Source: an uncultured Clostridia bacterium (GTDB lineage Bacteria > Bacillota > Clostridia > TANB77 > CAG-508). From it: 64,000 nt of DNA. The notes under the pieces are model-generated. The model did not search any database. It worked only from the letters and a program-made list of their open reading frames with translations, and was not told where the DNA came from. Each line of letters starts with the position of its first letter. The first letter of the stretch is position 1. The position numbers and the translations under genes are program-made. Location: assembly GCA_949045875.1 (NCBI GenBank), contig CARPYP010000001.1:57166-121165 (forward strand), read 5' to 3'. This document shows, piece after piece, positions 11,018-19,768 of the stretch.

Positions 11018-11830
11018 CTATAATTTTATAAATTCTCCAATATTCCTAAATTTTTCATATCTTTTTTGTACAATATCTTCTGTATCAAATTTACCAATTT
11101 CTGTTATTATAGAATTGATTTCTTTTTTTAGATTGCTTGCTATTTTCTTAAAGTTTTCTTCATTGTCTTCTTTTGGCTCTTTTATTACTTTGTCAATTAC
11201 TTTTAAATCATATAAATCTTTTGCTGTTAATTTCATTTTTTCTGCCGCTTCTTTATATCTTGAGGAATCTTTCCATAAGATACTACTATATCCTTCTGGA
11301 GAAAGAATAGAATAAATTGCATTTTCTAGCATAATAACTTTATTTGCAACTCCTATTGCTAATGCTCCTCCACTTGAACCTTCTCCTATGACTATTGCTA
11401 TTATTGGCACTTTTAATTTTGCCATTTCAAACATGGATTTTGCTATTGCTTCTCCTTGTCCTCTTTCTTCTGCCCCAATTCCTGGATATGCTCCTTTTGT
11501 ATCTATGAAAGTTATTACTGGTCTTTTAAATTTTTCTGCTTGCTTCATAAATCTTATTGCTTTTCTATAACTTTCAGGATTTGGCATTCCAAAGTTTCTT
11601 TCAATATTTTCTTTTGTTGTTCTTCCTTTTTGCTCTGCAATTATTGTGAAATTTCTCTCTCCCATTCTTCCTAATCCACAAACAATTGCTTTATCATCTT
11701 TGAAGTTCCTATCTCCATGTAATTCTATAAATTCATCAAATATATTTTCTATATAGTCTAGTGCCGTTTTCCTTTTAGGATTTCTTGCTATCTCTACTCT
11801 TTCCCATGCAGTTGTCCTTTCATTTGCCAT
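11018..11830 (-). CDS. accA: Acetyl-CoA carboxylase carboxyltransferase alpha subunit
   Basis: 270 aa. [14 protein letters not shown]-terminus and [23 protein letters not shown], characteristic of AccA. Confidence 0.9.
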   Translation of the reverse strand: MANERTTAWERVEIARNPKRKTALDYIENIFDEFIELHGDRNFKDDKAIVCGLGRMGERNFTIIAEQKGRTTKENIERNFGMPNPESYRKAIRFMKQAEKFKRPVITFIDTKGAYPGIGAEERGQGEAIAKSMFEMAKLKVPIIAIVIGEGSSGGALAIGVANKVIMLENAIYSILSPEGYSSILWKDSSRYKEAAEKMKLTAKDLYDLKVIDKVIKEPKEDNEENFKKIASNLKKEINSIITEIGKFDTEDIVQKRYEKFRNIGEFIKL

Positions 11831-11901
11831 TATTTATTTTCCCCTTTCCTATTTGCTTGGGTACCGTGCACGTGCCGGTTCCAATCTAATTGCCATTATT
11901 T

Positions 11902-12738
11902 TCAACTATGAAATTTTATTAATTTATATAGTGTATCCTTTAAGTTTCTTCTTTCCACTATCTTATCTATAAATCCATGTTCTAATAAAAATTCCGCTGT
12001 TTGGAAACCTTCTGGTAATGATTCTCCTATTGTTTGTTCTATAACTCTCTGTCCTGCAAAGCCTATCATAGCTTTTGGTTCTGCTAAAATTATATCGCCA
12101 AGACTTGCAAATGATGCTGTAACTCCACCATAGGTTGGATCTGTTAAAACTGATATATATAATAGTCCTGCTTCATCTAATTTTGTAAGTGCTGCTGTTG
12201 TTTTTGCCATTTGCATTAAAGAGATTATACCTTCTTGCATTCTTGCTCCACCTGATACAGAAAATATGATTAGTGGTAATTTTTGCTTTACTGCTTGTTC
12301 TATACTATATGTTATCTTTTCTCCTACTACAACTCCCATACTTCCCATTAAAAATCCACTGTCCATTATGCATATTACTACTTTTTCTCCATTAATGTTT
12401 CCTGTTCCACAGCTTACTGCTTCTTCTAAACCAGTTTTTTCTCTTAGGCTTTTTAGTTTTTTAGGATAATCTTCTAATTCTAATGGATTTGTTGTTTCAA
12501 TATTTAATTCAAATCTTTCATATGTTCCTTCATCTATTATTAGTTCTAGCCTTTTTCCTATATGCATTCTAAAGTAATGTCCACAGTTAGGACATATGTT
12601 TAAATTTTCTCTAACTGTTTCTTTATATATAATTTCTTTGCAATTATCACATTTAATCCATTTACCTATTGGTATATCTATGTTGGCTTTTTTATTTTTA
12701 GCAGTGGTTTCTCTTTTCTTTATTTTATCGACTATCAT
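11902..12738 (-). CDS. accD: Acetyl-CoA carboxylase carboxyltransferase beta subunit
   Basis: 278 aa. N-terminal zinc ribbon CDNC...CPNCGHYFR. Carboxyltransferase domain. Confidence 0.9.
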   Translation of the reverse strand: MIVDKIKKRETTAKNKKANIDIPIGKWIKCDNCKEIIYKETVRENLNICPNCGHYFRMHIGKRLELIIDEGTYERFELNIETTNPLELEDYPKKLKSLREKTGLEEAVSCGTGNINGEKVVICIMDSGFLMGSMGVVVGEKITYSIEQAVKQKLPLIIFSVSGGARMQEGIISLMQMAKTTAALTKLDEAGLLYISVLTDPTYGGVTASFASLGDIILAEPKAMIGFAGQRVIEQTIGESLPEGFQTAEFLLEHGFIDKIVERRNLKDTLYKLIKFHS

Positions 12739-12769
12739 TGTTTCTCTCCTTATAAGATTTTAAATATAT

Positions 12770-14107
12770 TTAAAATTTTTCTTTGTCAATGAAAGATGTA
12801 TCATAATTCCCTCTAATGAAATTGGGGTTTTTTATAATACTAAAAAGGAAGTCTCTATTAGTATCTACACCATCTATAACTAATTCCTCTAATGCTCTTT
12901 TCATTTTTGCTATTGCTTCATTTCTTGTGTTACCAAATACTATGATTTTTGCAATCATGGAATCATAGTTAGGTGGAATTATATAACCATTATATATTGC
13001 GGTATCAATTCTTATGCCATTTCCTCCTGGTAAATTTATTTCTTTTATTTGACCTGGACTTGGCATAAAATTTTTATTAGGATTTTCTGCATTTATTCTA
13101 CATTCTATTGAATGTCCTCTAAATTCTATTTCTTTTTGTTTGAATTTTAGTTCTTCTCCTGCTACTATCCTTATTTGCTCTTTTACTATGTCTATTCCTG
13201 TTCTCATTTCTGTTATTGGATGTTCAACTTGTATTCTTGTATTCATTTCCATAAAGTAAAAATTTTTATCACTATCTACTAAAAATTCTACTGTTCCACA
13301 ACTCGTATATCCTGCAATTTTTGCAGCTTTTACTGCTGCATTTCCCATTTTGTTTCGTAGCTTTTCGTCTACTACTGTTGATGGGGTTTCTTCAATTAGT
13401 TTTTGGTGTTTTCTTTGTATTGTACAGTCTCTTTCTCCTAAATGAACTACATTTCCATGTTCATCTGCTAATATTTGAATTTCTACATGTCTAGGATTTT
13501 TTATGAATTTCTCTATATAGATTTCATCATCGTTAAAGGAGATTTTTGCTTCTTGCTTTACAATGTTATAGTTGGTTTCTAATTCTTCTTTATTATTTGC
13601 TATTCTTATTCCTTTTCCTCCACCTCCTGCTGCTGCTTTTAGCATAACTGGATAACCTATTTTTTCTGCTATTATTACTGCATCTTTTAATCCTTTTACA
13701 CTACCATCTGAACCTGGTATAACTGGAACTCCTGCTTCCTTCATTAGTTCTTTACTATTTGATTTGTTTCCTAGTAAATCTATAACCTTTGAGTTAGGCC
13801 CTATAAATTTTATATTTGATTCTTCACATATTTTTGCAAATTGAGCATTTTCTGATAAAAATCCAAATCCTGGATGTATGCTATCTGCTCCTGTTATATA
13901 TGCTGCTTCTATTATGTTTTTTATGTTTAAATAACTTTTTTGTGGTTCTGCTGGTCCTATACATATTGCTTCATCTGCTAGACGAGTGTGCAAAGCATTT
14001 TTATCTGCTTCTGAGTATATTGCTACTGTTTTTATGTTCATTTCTTTACATGCCCTTATTATTCGTACTGCAATTTCTCCTCTGTTTGCAATTAATATTT
14101 TGTTCAT
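12770..14107 (-). CDS. accC: Biotin carboxylase
   Basis: Biotin carboxylase ATP-grasp (MNKILIANRGEIAVRIIRAC...). The ORF track extends to 14146 (458 aa). The start is more likely the internal ATG at 14107, which is preceded by AAAGGAGA. Confidence 0.85.
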   Translation of the reverse strand: MNKILIANRGEIAVRIIRACKEMNIKTVAIYSEADKNALHTRLADEAICIGPAEPQKSYLNIKNIIEAAYITGADSIHPGFGFLSENAQFAKICEESNIKFIGPNSKVIDLLGNKSNSKELMKEAGVPVIPGSDGSVKGLKDAVIIAEKIGYPVMLKAAAGGGGKGIRIANNKEELETNYNIVKQEAKISFNDDEIYIEKFIKNPRHVEIQILADEHGNVVHLGERDCTIQRKHQKLIEETPSTVVDEKLRNKMGNAAVKAAKIAGYTSCGTVEFLVDSDKNFYFMEMNTRIQVEHPITEMRTGIDIVKEQIRIVAGEELKFKQKEIEFRGHSIECRINAENPNKNFMPSPGQIKEINLPGGNGIRIDTAIYNGYIIPPNYDSMIAKIIVFGNTRNEAIAKMKRALEELVIDGVDTNRDFLFSIIKNPNFIRGNYDTSFIDKEKF

Positions 14108-14140
14108 TTTTATCTCCTTTTCATATTGATGTTTTTGTAG

Positions 14141-14212
14141 GGGCACGTTGCACGCACGTGCCCTTTTTGAATTTATCTCCTTCTAACGGGCACATGCAAT
14201 GTGCCCCTACAT
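14141..14212. repeat. Inverted pair of GC-hairpin repeat elements (TTGTAGGGGCACG..CGTGCCC and GGGCACAT..ATGTGCCCCTACATC)
   Basis: Two members of the dispersed GGGCAC/GTGCCC + CCCCTACA family in opposite orientations, inside the accC-fabZ intergenic gap. Confidence 0.6.
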
Positions 14213-14283
14213 CATTAATAATTTAAATGTCTTCTACGATTTATTTTTAGGGTCATTCCTCTGAAGGGCAGACGACTACACCC

Positions 14284-14724
14284 CTACACAACGGCAAATG
14301 TTAATTCTCCTTTAGCTACAATCCTATCTTCTACTGTTGCAATTGCTTCTCCTACTCCTATTGGTCCTTTTCTTTTTATTATTTTTACTTCTAGTTTTAG
14401 TCTATCTCCTGGTGTTACCATTTTTTTGAATTTCATTTTGTCAATTCCTCCAAATAATGCATTTTTTCCTTTGTTTTCTTCCATTGATAAAATCGCTATT
14501 GCTCCAGTTTGTGCTAGACTTTCTGCTATTAATACTCCTGGCATTATTGGGTTTCCTGGAAAGTGTCCTTTAAAATACCATTCGCTTTCGTCTACATTCT
14601 TATAACCAATAGCACTTTCTCCTGGAGTATATTCTTCTATTTCATCTATCATTAAAAATGGTTCCCTTTGTGGGATTATTTTCTTTATTTCTTCTTTATT
14701 TAACATGTGTTTCTCCTTATACAT
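14284..14724 (-). CDS. fabZ: 3-hydroxyacyl-[ACP] dehydratase
   Basis: 146 aa hot-dog fold. HFPGNPIMPGVLIAESLAQ motif. Confidence 0.9.
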   Translation of the reverse strand: MYKEKHMLNKEEIKKIIPQREPFLMIDEIEEYTPGESAIGYKNVDESEWYFKGHFPGNPIMPGVLIAESLAQTGAIAILSMEENKGKNALFGGIDKMKFKKMVTPGDRLKLEVKIIKRKGPIGVGEAIATVEDRIVAKGELTFAVV

Positions 14725-14726
14725 TT

Positions 14727-15176
14727 TTATTTTATGACGAACAATGGTGTACCATACTCCACTGTATCTCCGTCTTTTACTAAAATTTCTGTTATTTTTC
14801 CAGAGAATTCTGATTCTATTTCATTCATTAATTTCATAGCTTCTATTATACATAGTGTTTCTCCTTTTGTAACTTCTTTTCCTATTTGTACATAAGGATC
14901 AGAGGTTGGAGATGGTTTTATGTAAAAGGTTCCAACCATTGGAGATTTTACTATGTTACCTTGTATTTCTTCTGTGTTTATTTGTGTAGTTATTTCCTCG
15001 TTTGTTATTTTGGTTTCTATTGATTTTGTTACATTTTGAGGGCAATTAATGTTTGCCTCTACATTTGTTTGTTTCTTCATACTGATTTTGGTTCCATCTG
15101 GGAATTCAATATCTATGTCTGTTAATTTTGAATTTCCCATGTCTTCCATTAATTGTTTTATTTTTTCATATTCCAT
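14727..15176 (-). CDS. accB: Biotin carboxyl carrier protein
   Basis: 149 aa. Biotinylation motif [10 protein letters not shown] near the C-terminus. Confidence 0.9.
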   Translation of the reverse strand: MEYEKIKQLMEDMGNSKLTDIDIEFPDGTKISMKKQTNVEANINCPQNVTKSIETKITNEEITTQINTEEIQGNIVKSPMVGTFYIKPSPTSDPYVQIGKEVTKGETLCIIEAMKLMNEIESEFSGKITEILVKDGDTVEYGTPLFVIK

Positions 15177-15189
15177 TTTTTATCTTTCC

Positions 15190-15259
15190 TTTCTATTGAA
15201 TTTATTATTAATTTATGATATCATACATTGACATAAAACTACGAGGAGGTATCGTAAAT
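15190..15259. promoter_or_regulatory. Duplicated divergent control block, copy 1 (accB RBS/start on the minus strand; candidate promoter and GGAGG RBS for the + strand small gene)
   Basis: cttgaatttattattaatttatgatat..aggaggt is near-identical to the block at 16887-16952 upstream of fabF. The minus-strand side reads aattcaaNagaaaggaaaNataaaaaATGGAA in both copies. Confidence 0.5.
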
Positions 15260-15565
15260 ATGAAATTAGGAAGTTTTTTTGAGAGTGCTATTTCACTTCG
15301 GAAAATGTATCACAAGCAATGGCTAAAAAAAGATGTAAATGCCTATCTAAAGATGGATATTTTGCAACAAATAGTCGACTCTGTTTTTACAAATGGAGAT
15401 TATCCTTTTCAATACTCAATTTCTTGCTCTTCTTCAAATGAGAAAATTATAGTTAAACTTGCTAAAGAAGTGTTTGAAGATTTGTTACTTACAGTAATCT
15501 TTGCATACTCCTATGATGGATGTTGCATATTTCAATCTATAACTCCATTTTTCTACACACTTTGA
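15260..15565 (+). CDS. Hypothetical ~101-aa protein encoded antisense within the fab operon (paralog A)
   Basis: GGAGGT 8 nt upstream of ATG. Own hairpin+T-run terminator. Shares motifs with paralog B (KMDILQQIVDSVFTNGDYP vs KIHIISQIVEEIFEEGSLP). Confidence 0.55.
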   Translation: MKLGSFFESAISLRKMYHKQWLKKDVNAYLKMDILQQIVDSVFTNGDYPFQYSISCSSSNEKIIVKLAKEVFEDLLLTVIFAYSYDGCCIFQSITPFFYTL

Positions 15566-15577
15566 ATGATACCAATC

Positions 15578-15617
15578 TGCGCCCTCACCTTTGTATTACA
15601 GATGTGAGGGACGTTTT
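15578..15617 (+). terminator. Rho-independent terminator (gcgccctcac..gtgagggacg + TTTTTT)
   Basis: Stem-loop followed by a T-run on the + strand, directly after the 15565 stop. Confidence 0.6.
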
Positions 15618-15634
15618 TTATTAGTATCATACAA

Positions 15635-16873
15635 CTATTCTTCATAATTTCTTATAATGATACTGGCATTATGTCCACCAAATCCCAACGAATTTGACAT
15701 TACAACATTTAATTTTTCTTTTATTGGTTCATTTGGTACTATGTCTAAATCACATTCTTCGTCTTTTTCTTTATAGTTTATTGTTGGTGGTACTATTCCA
15801 TTTTCTATTGCTTTTACACAGATTACTGCTTCTACTCCTCCTGCTGCTCCTAATAAATGCCCAATATTTCCTTTTGTTGAACTTACTTTTACTTTTTTAC
15901 TTGCTTCTCCTAATGCTGTTTTTATTGCTAGTGTTTCTGTAGAATCATTTAAATGTGTTGATGTTCCATGTGCATTTATATAATCAATATCTTCTGGTTT
16001 GATACCAGCATCTTCTATTGCTCTTATCATTGCTTTTGCTCCACCTTCTCCATTTGGGTTAGGTGATGTTATGTGATATGCGTCTGTTGTGCTTCCAAAT
16101 CCGATTAGTTCTGCATATATTTTTGCTCCTCTTTTTTTAGCATGTTCTAATTCTTCAAGTACTACTATTCCTGCACCTTCTCCCATTACAAATCCGCTTC
16201 TTTCTTTGTCGAATGGAATACTTGCTCTGTTTTTATCTTCTGATGTACACAATGCTTTCATGTTTTCAAATCCTGCTATTCCAATAGAACAGATTGAGGC
16301 TTCTGTTCCTCCTGCTATTATTACATCTTCATATCCTTGTTTTATAGTTTTATATGCTTCTCCTATTGCATGTGTTGATGAAGCACATGCAGTTACTATT
16401 GAGATGGATTCTCCTTTGAAACCAAATTCTATTGCAATATTTCCTGCTGGCATGTTTGCTATTGCCATTGGAATGAACATTGGAGATACTCTATTGTTTC
16501 CTTTTACATAGTTTGTTTCACATTGTTCTTGTATTGTTTTTAATCCTGCTATTCCTGAACTTACAAAAACTCCCACTCTTTCATAATTTGTATTTTCTTC
16601 TGTGATACCACTATTTTTTACTGCTTCTCTTGCTGCTATTACTGCAAATTGTGATGATTTATCAAATCTTTTTGCTTGTTTTTGCTCAAAGTATTCTAAA
16701 GGGTCATATTCTTTTATTTCTCCTGCTAGTTTTGTCTTGAAATTGTCTGTATCAAATAATGTGATTTTGTCAATACCACATTCTTTGTTTTCTATTCCAT
16801 TCCATGTTTCATTAGAATCTTTTCCTATTGGAGTTATTGCTCCAAGTCCTGTAATTACAACTCTTTTTTCCAT
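15635..16873 (-). CDS. fabF: 3-oxoacyl-[ACP] synthase II
   Basis: 412 aa KAS II. Active-site region SIVTACASSTHAIGEA and HGTSTHLND. Confidence 0.9.
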   Translation of the reverse strand: MEKRVVITGLGAITPIGKDSNETWNGIENKECGIDKITLFDTDNFKTKLAGEIKEYDPLEYFEQKQAKRFDKSSQFAVIAAREAVKNSGITEENTNYERVGVFVSSGIAGLKTIQEQCETNYVKGNNRVSPMFIPMAIANMPAGNIAIEFGFKGESISIVTACASSTHAIGEAYKTIKQGYEDVIIAGGTEASICSIGIAGFENMKALCTSEDKNRASIPFDKERSGFVMGEGAGIVVLEELEHAKKRGAKIYAELIGFGSTTDAYHITSPNPNGEGGAKAMIRAIEDAGIKPEDIDYINAHGTSTHLNDSTETLAIKTALGEASKKVKVSSTKGNIGHLLGAAGGVEAVICVKAIENGIVPPTINYKEKDEECDLDIVPNEPIKEKLNVVMSNSLGFGGHNASIIIRNYEE

Positions 16874-16886
16874 TTTTTTATTTTCC

Positions 16887-16952
16887 TTTCTCTTGAATTT
16901 ATTTTTAATTTATGATATATTAATAAAAAACCACAAGGAGGTATTTGTAAGT
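16887..16952. promoter_or_regulatory. Duplicated divergent control block, copy 2 (fabF RBS/start on the minus strand; promoter and RBS of + strand paralog B)
   Basis: cttgaatttatttttaatttatgatat...caaggaggt. See copy 1. Confidence 0.5.
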
Positions 16953-17255
16953 ATGACAAATTGGGAAAACTTTGTTACCAACGCTTGGGTTCTACGGAAT
17001 CATTATGAAAATGATAATGTTCCAAACTCAAAGTTAAAAATTCATATCATTTCTCAAATAGTTGAGGAGATCTTTGAAGAAGGTAGTCTGCCTTCTCATT
17101 TAGTAATTGATGACGAATTTAAAGACGTCAGTGCCTTATTGGATGCTTCTACATCTGTACTAAAAGATTTAAATCTTGAAATGTACAAACTATTAATATC
17201 TGCTAATTGTGATGTAGAAAAATCAATAAGTACAGTTTTATTTGAATTAAGTTAG
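16953..17255 (+). CDS. Hypothetical ~100-aa protein encoded antisense within the fab operon (paralog B)
   Basis: GGAGGT RBS. The ORF track lists a longer 16602..17255 frame, but the RBS-proximal ATG is at 16953. Own terminator follows. Confidence 0.55.
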   Translation: MTNWENFVTNAWVLRNHYENDNVPNSKLKIHIISQIVEEIFEEGSLPSHLVIDDEFKDVSALLDASTSVLKDLNLEMYKLLISANCDVEKSISTVLFELS

Positions 17256-17261
17256 AGCCTA

Positions 17262-17300
17262 TCGAAGCCTTTATTCTGTGTACTATGCAGAATAGGGGCT
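17262..17300 (+). terminator. Rho-independent terminator (imperfect stem gcctttattctg/cagaataggggc + T8)
   Basis: Hairpin then tttttttt, immediately after the 17255 stop. Confidence 0.55.
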
Positions 17301-17308
17301 TTTTTTTA

Positions 17309-18076
17309 TTACATAATCATTCCACCATCTACATTAATAACTTGCCCTGTTATGTATGAACTCTCCTCTGAGACTAAGAATTTTACAACATTTGCAACAT
17401 CCTCTGTTTTGCCCATTCTTTTTAGAGGAATAGATTTTGCAATTTCTTCTTTTATTTCGTCTTTTAATACATCTGTCATTCCAGTTTCTATAAATCCTGG
17501 TGCTACTGCATTTACTAATATTCCTCTTGATGCCACCTCTTTTGCTAAACTTTTTGTAAATCCTATCATCCCTGCTTTTGACGCTGAATAGTTTGTTTGA
17601 CCAGCATTTCCTGCTACTCCTACAACAGATGATATATTTATTATTCTTCCTGAACGTGCTTTCATCATATGACTAATTACATTTTTAGTTACATTAAATG
17701 TTCCTACTAAGTTAGTATCTATTACGTCTTCAAAGTCTTCTTTTTTCATTCTCATTAATAGCGTATCTTTTGTAATTCCTGCATTATTTACTAATACATC
17801 TATTTTTCCATATTCTTCTATGATTTCTTTTACAAATTTTTCACAGTCTTCAAAATTTGATACATCTCCTTGTACTGTTAAACATTTTACCCCTTTTTCT
17901 TCTATTTGTTTTTTTGTTTCTTTTAATGCATCATTTTCTGTTCTATAATTTATTGCTATATCATAGCCATTTTGAGCTAATGTTAAGGCTATTTGTTTTC
18001 CTATGCCTCTTGTGGCTCCTGTAATTAATGCGGTTTTGTTCATTTCTTCCCTCCATTTTATTATTTTATAGTACAA
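17309..18076 (-). CDS. fabG: 3-oxoacyl-[ACP] reductase
   Basis: 255 aa SDR. TGATRGIGK NAD(P)-binding motif, catalytic YSASKAG. Confidence 0.9.
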   Translation of the reverse strand: MYYKIIKWREEMNKTALITGATRGIGKQIALTLAQNGYDIAINYRTENDALKETKKQIEEKGVKCLTVQGDVSNFEDCEKFVKEIIEEYGKIDVLVNNAGITKDTLLMRMKKEDFEDVIDTNLVGTFNVTKNVISHMMKARSGRIINISSVVGVAGNAGQTNYSASKAGMIGFTKSLAKEVASRGILVNAVAPGFIETGMTDVLKDEIKEEIAKSIPLKRMGKTEDVANVVKFLVSEESSYITGQVINVDGGMIM

Positions 18077-18084
18077 TATAGAAA

Positions 18085-18258
18085 TAATTAATAATTAATC
18101 AATTCGAAAAATTATTTAAATGAAATTGAATTAGAAAATGTTAGAAATTAATTTATAGGGAATCTCGAGCGTGATGAGAGGGCGCTGTAAATTAATTTAT
18201 TACATTTTATATGAAATTGAATTGTATAATTTTGAGAATTTATTAATTCATTAATTAT
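18085..18258. mobile_element. MITE-like repeat element, degenerate copy 1 (between fabD and fabG)
   Basis: ~165 nt alignable to the element at 39686-39861. Same GC-rich core GGGAATCTCGAGCGTGATGAGAGGGCGCTG flanked by AT-rich inverted arms. Termini are degenerate versions of the 21-bp TIR. Confidence 0.55.
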
Positions 18259-18259
18259 T

Positions 18260-19189
18260 TTATAGTAAATTCATAGTATTTTTTAAACTCTCTATGTTAT
18301 TAATATTCAAAATTTTTATTTCTTTATCTGTTGGTGTTCTTTTTACAAAGCCTGATAGTGCTTTACCTGGTCCTATTTCTATAAATGTGTCTATTCCATT
18401 TTCTAGCATATTTTGTATTGTTTTTGAAAATCTTACTGGATTTATTATATGTTTTGCCAAAATGTCTTTTACATCATCTGTATCTTTATATATTTCTCCA
18501 TCTATGTTTTTTATAACTTGTGCTTTAAAATTGTTTATTGTTATTTTTTCTAGTTCTTTTCTTAAAGCGTGTGAACTTTCTATTAATTTTTCGGTATGAA
18601 ATGGACCTGCTGTTTTTAATGGTATTACTTTTTTGGCTCCCATTTCTTTTGCTATATTTCCTGCTTCTTCTATTCCTTCTTTTTCCCCTGATATTGCAAC
18701 TTGCCCTACACAGTTATAATTTGCTGGTACTACAAATCCTGATTTTACTTTTTTACAGACATCTTCTACTTGTTCATCTGTTAGACCCATTATTGCTGAC
18801 ATTTGCCAATTTCCTTTTGGTAGAAGATTTTGCATGTATTCTCCCCTTTTTTGAACAAGTTTAACTCCTTCTTCAAATGATATTGCTCCTGAATTTATTA
18901 TTGCTGTATATTCTCCAAGACTTAGTCCGGCTGACATTTCTGCTACTATATTATTGCTTTTTAGTATTTCTAAAATTGCTAAGCTCATTGTTAATATTGC
19001 AAGTTGTGTGTATTTTGTTTCATTTAGTTTTTCTTCTGGTCCTTCAAATGATATTTGGGCAATGTCTATGCCTGTCAGTTCTTGTACTTTGTTATATATT
19101 TTTTTTACTGCTTCATATTCTTCATATATGTCTTTTCCCATTCCTACATTCTGAGAGCCTTGACCTGGGAATAAAAATCCGATTTTCAT
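18260..19189 (-). CDS. fabD: Malonyl CoA-ACP transacylase
   Basis: 309 aa. FLFPGQGSQNVGMG and active-site GLSLGEY. Confidence 0.9.
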   Translation of the reverse strand: MKIGFLFPGQGSQNVGMGKDIYEEYEAVKKIYNKVQELTGIDIAQISFEGPEEKLNETKYTQLAILTMSLAILEILKSNNIVAEMSAGLSLGEYTAIINSGAISFEEGVKLVQKRGEYMQNLLPKGNWQMSAIMGLTDEQVEDVCKKVKSGFVVPANYNCVGQVAISGEKEGIEEAGNIAKEMGAKKVIPLKTAGPFHTEKLIESSHALRKELEKITINNFKAQVIKNIDGEIYKDTDDVKDILAKHIINPVRFSKTIQNMLENGIDTFIEIGPGKALSGFVKRTPTDKEIKILNINNIESLKNTMNLL

Positions 19190-19768
19190 CTAATATTCAA
19201 TCCTTTCATATAATTCTTTTTCAAATCTGTTACAGAATTCTGTGATAAATTCTTCTGTATTTATGTCTATATTAAATTCCCTTTTTATTGATGTTGCTAT
19301 ATTTTCTATGTCTTTACTAAAGTTTTGTTTTTTAGTGTTTATCCCAATTCCAACTACTAGATATTTCACATTTTCTGAAATTATTTTTGTTTCTGTTAAA
19401 ATTCCACCTATCTTTTTGTTTCTATATATTATATCATTTGGTTCTTTTATTTCTAGTTTTAAGTTATATTGTTCTTCTATAATTTTATTTATTATTTTTG
19501 CTATTTCTATTGTTATTCCTTCTAATTTTTTTATATTACAATCCATTTGTATGAATAATGAAAATGCTATATTTCCTTTTTCGTCTGTATGCCATATTCT
19601 TCCATGAGTTCCTTTTCCTTTTGTTTGTATTTCTGCTATTACTAATGTTCCATTTGTTATAGTTTTATCTTGTATTAATCTCCAGATTTCACTTTGGGTT
19701 GAGTCTATTTCTTTATAATAAATTATGTTTCTTCCTAAAAAATTAGTTTTTAACTTTTTCAATTGCAT
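19190..19768 (-). CDS. Biotin--[acetyl-CoA-carboxylase] ligase catalytic domain (no N-terminal HTH)
   Basis: 192 aa. KGKGTHGRIW BPL motif. Sits at the head of the acc/fab cluster. Confidence 0.75.
   Translation of the reverse strand: MQLKKLKTNFLGRNIIYYKEIDSTQSEIWRLIQDKTITNGTLVIAEIQTKGKGTHGRIWHTDEKGNIAFSLFIQMDCNIKKLEGITIEIAKIINKIIEEQYNLKLEIKEPNDIIYRNKKIGGILTETKIISENVKYLVVGIGINTKKQNFSKDIENIATSIKREFNIDINTEEFITEFCNRFEKELYERIEY

Noticed and set aside
14141-14168. Plus-strand rho-independent terminator (GGGCACGTTGCACGCACGTGCCC + TTTTT) inside the minus-strand acc operon
   Set aside because: The orientation would terminate nothing, since no + strand gene lies upstream. It is preceded by TTGTAGG and paired with an inverted family member 20 nt away, so it is reinterpreted as a reverse-orientation copy of the GC-hairpin repeat family.
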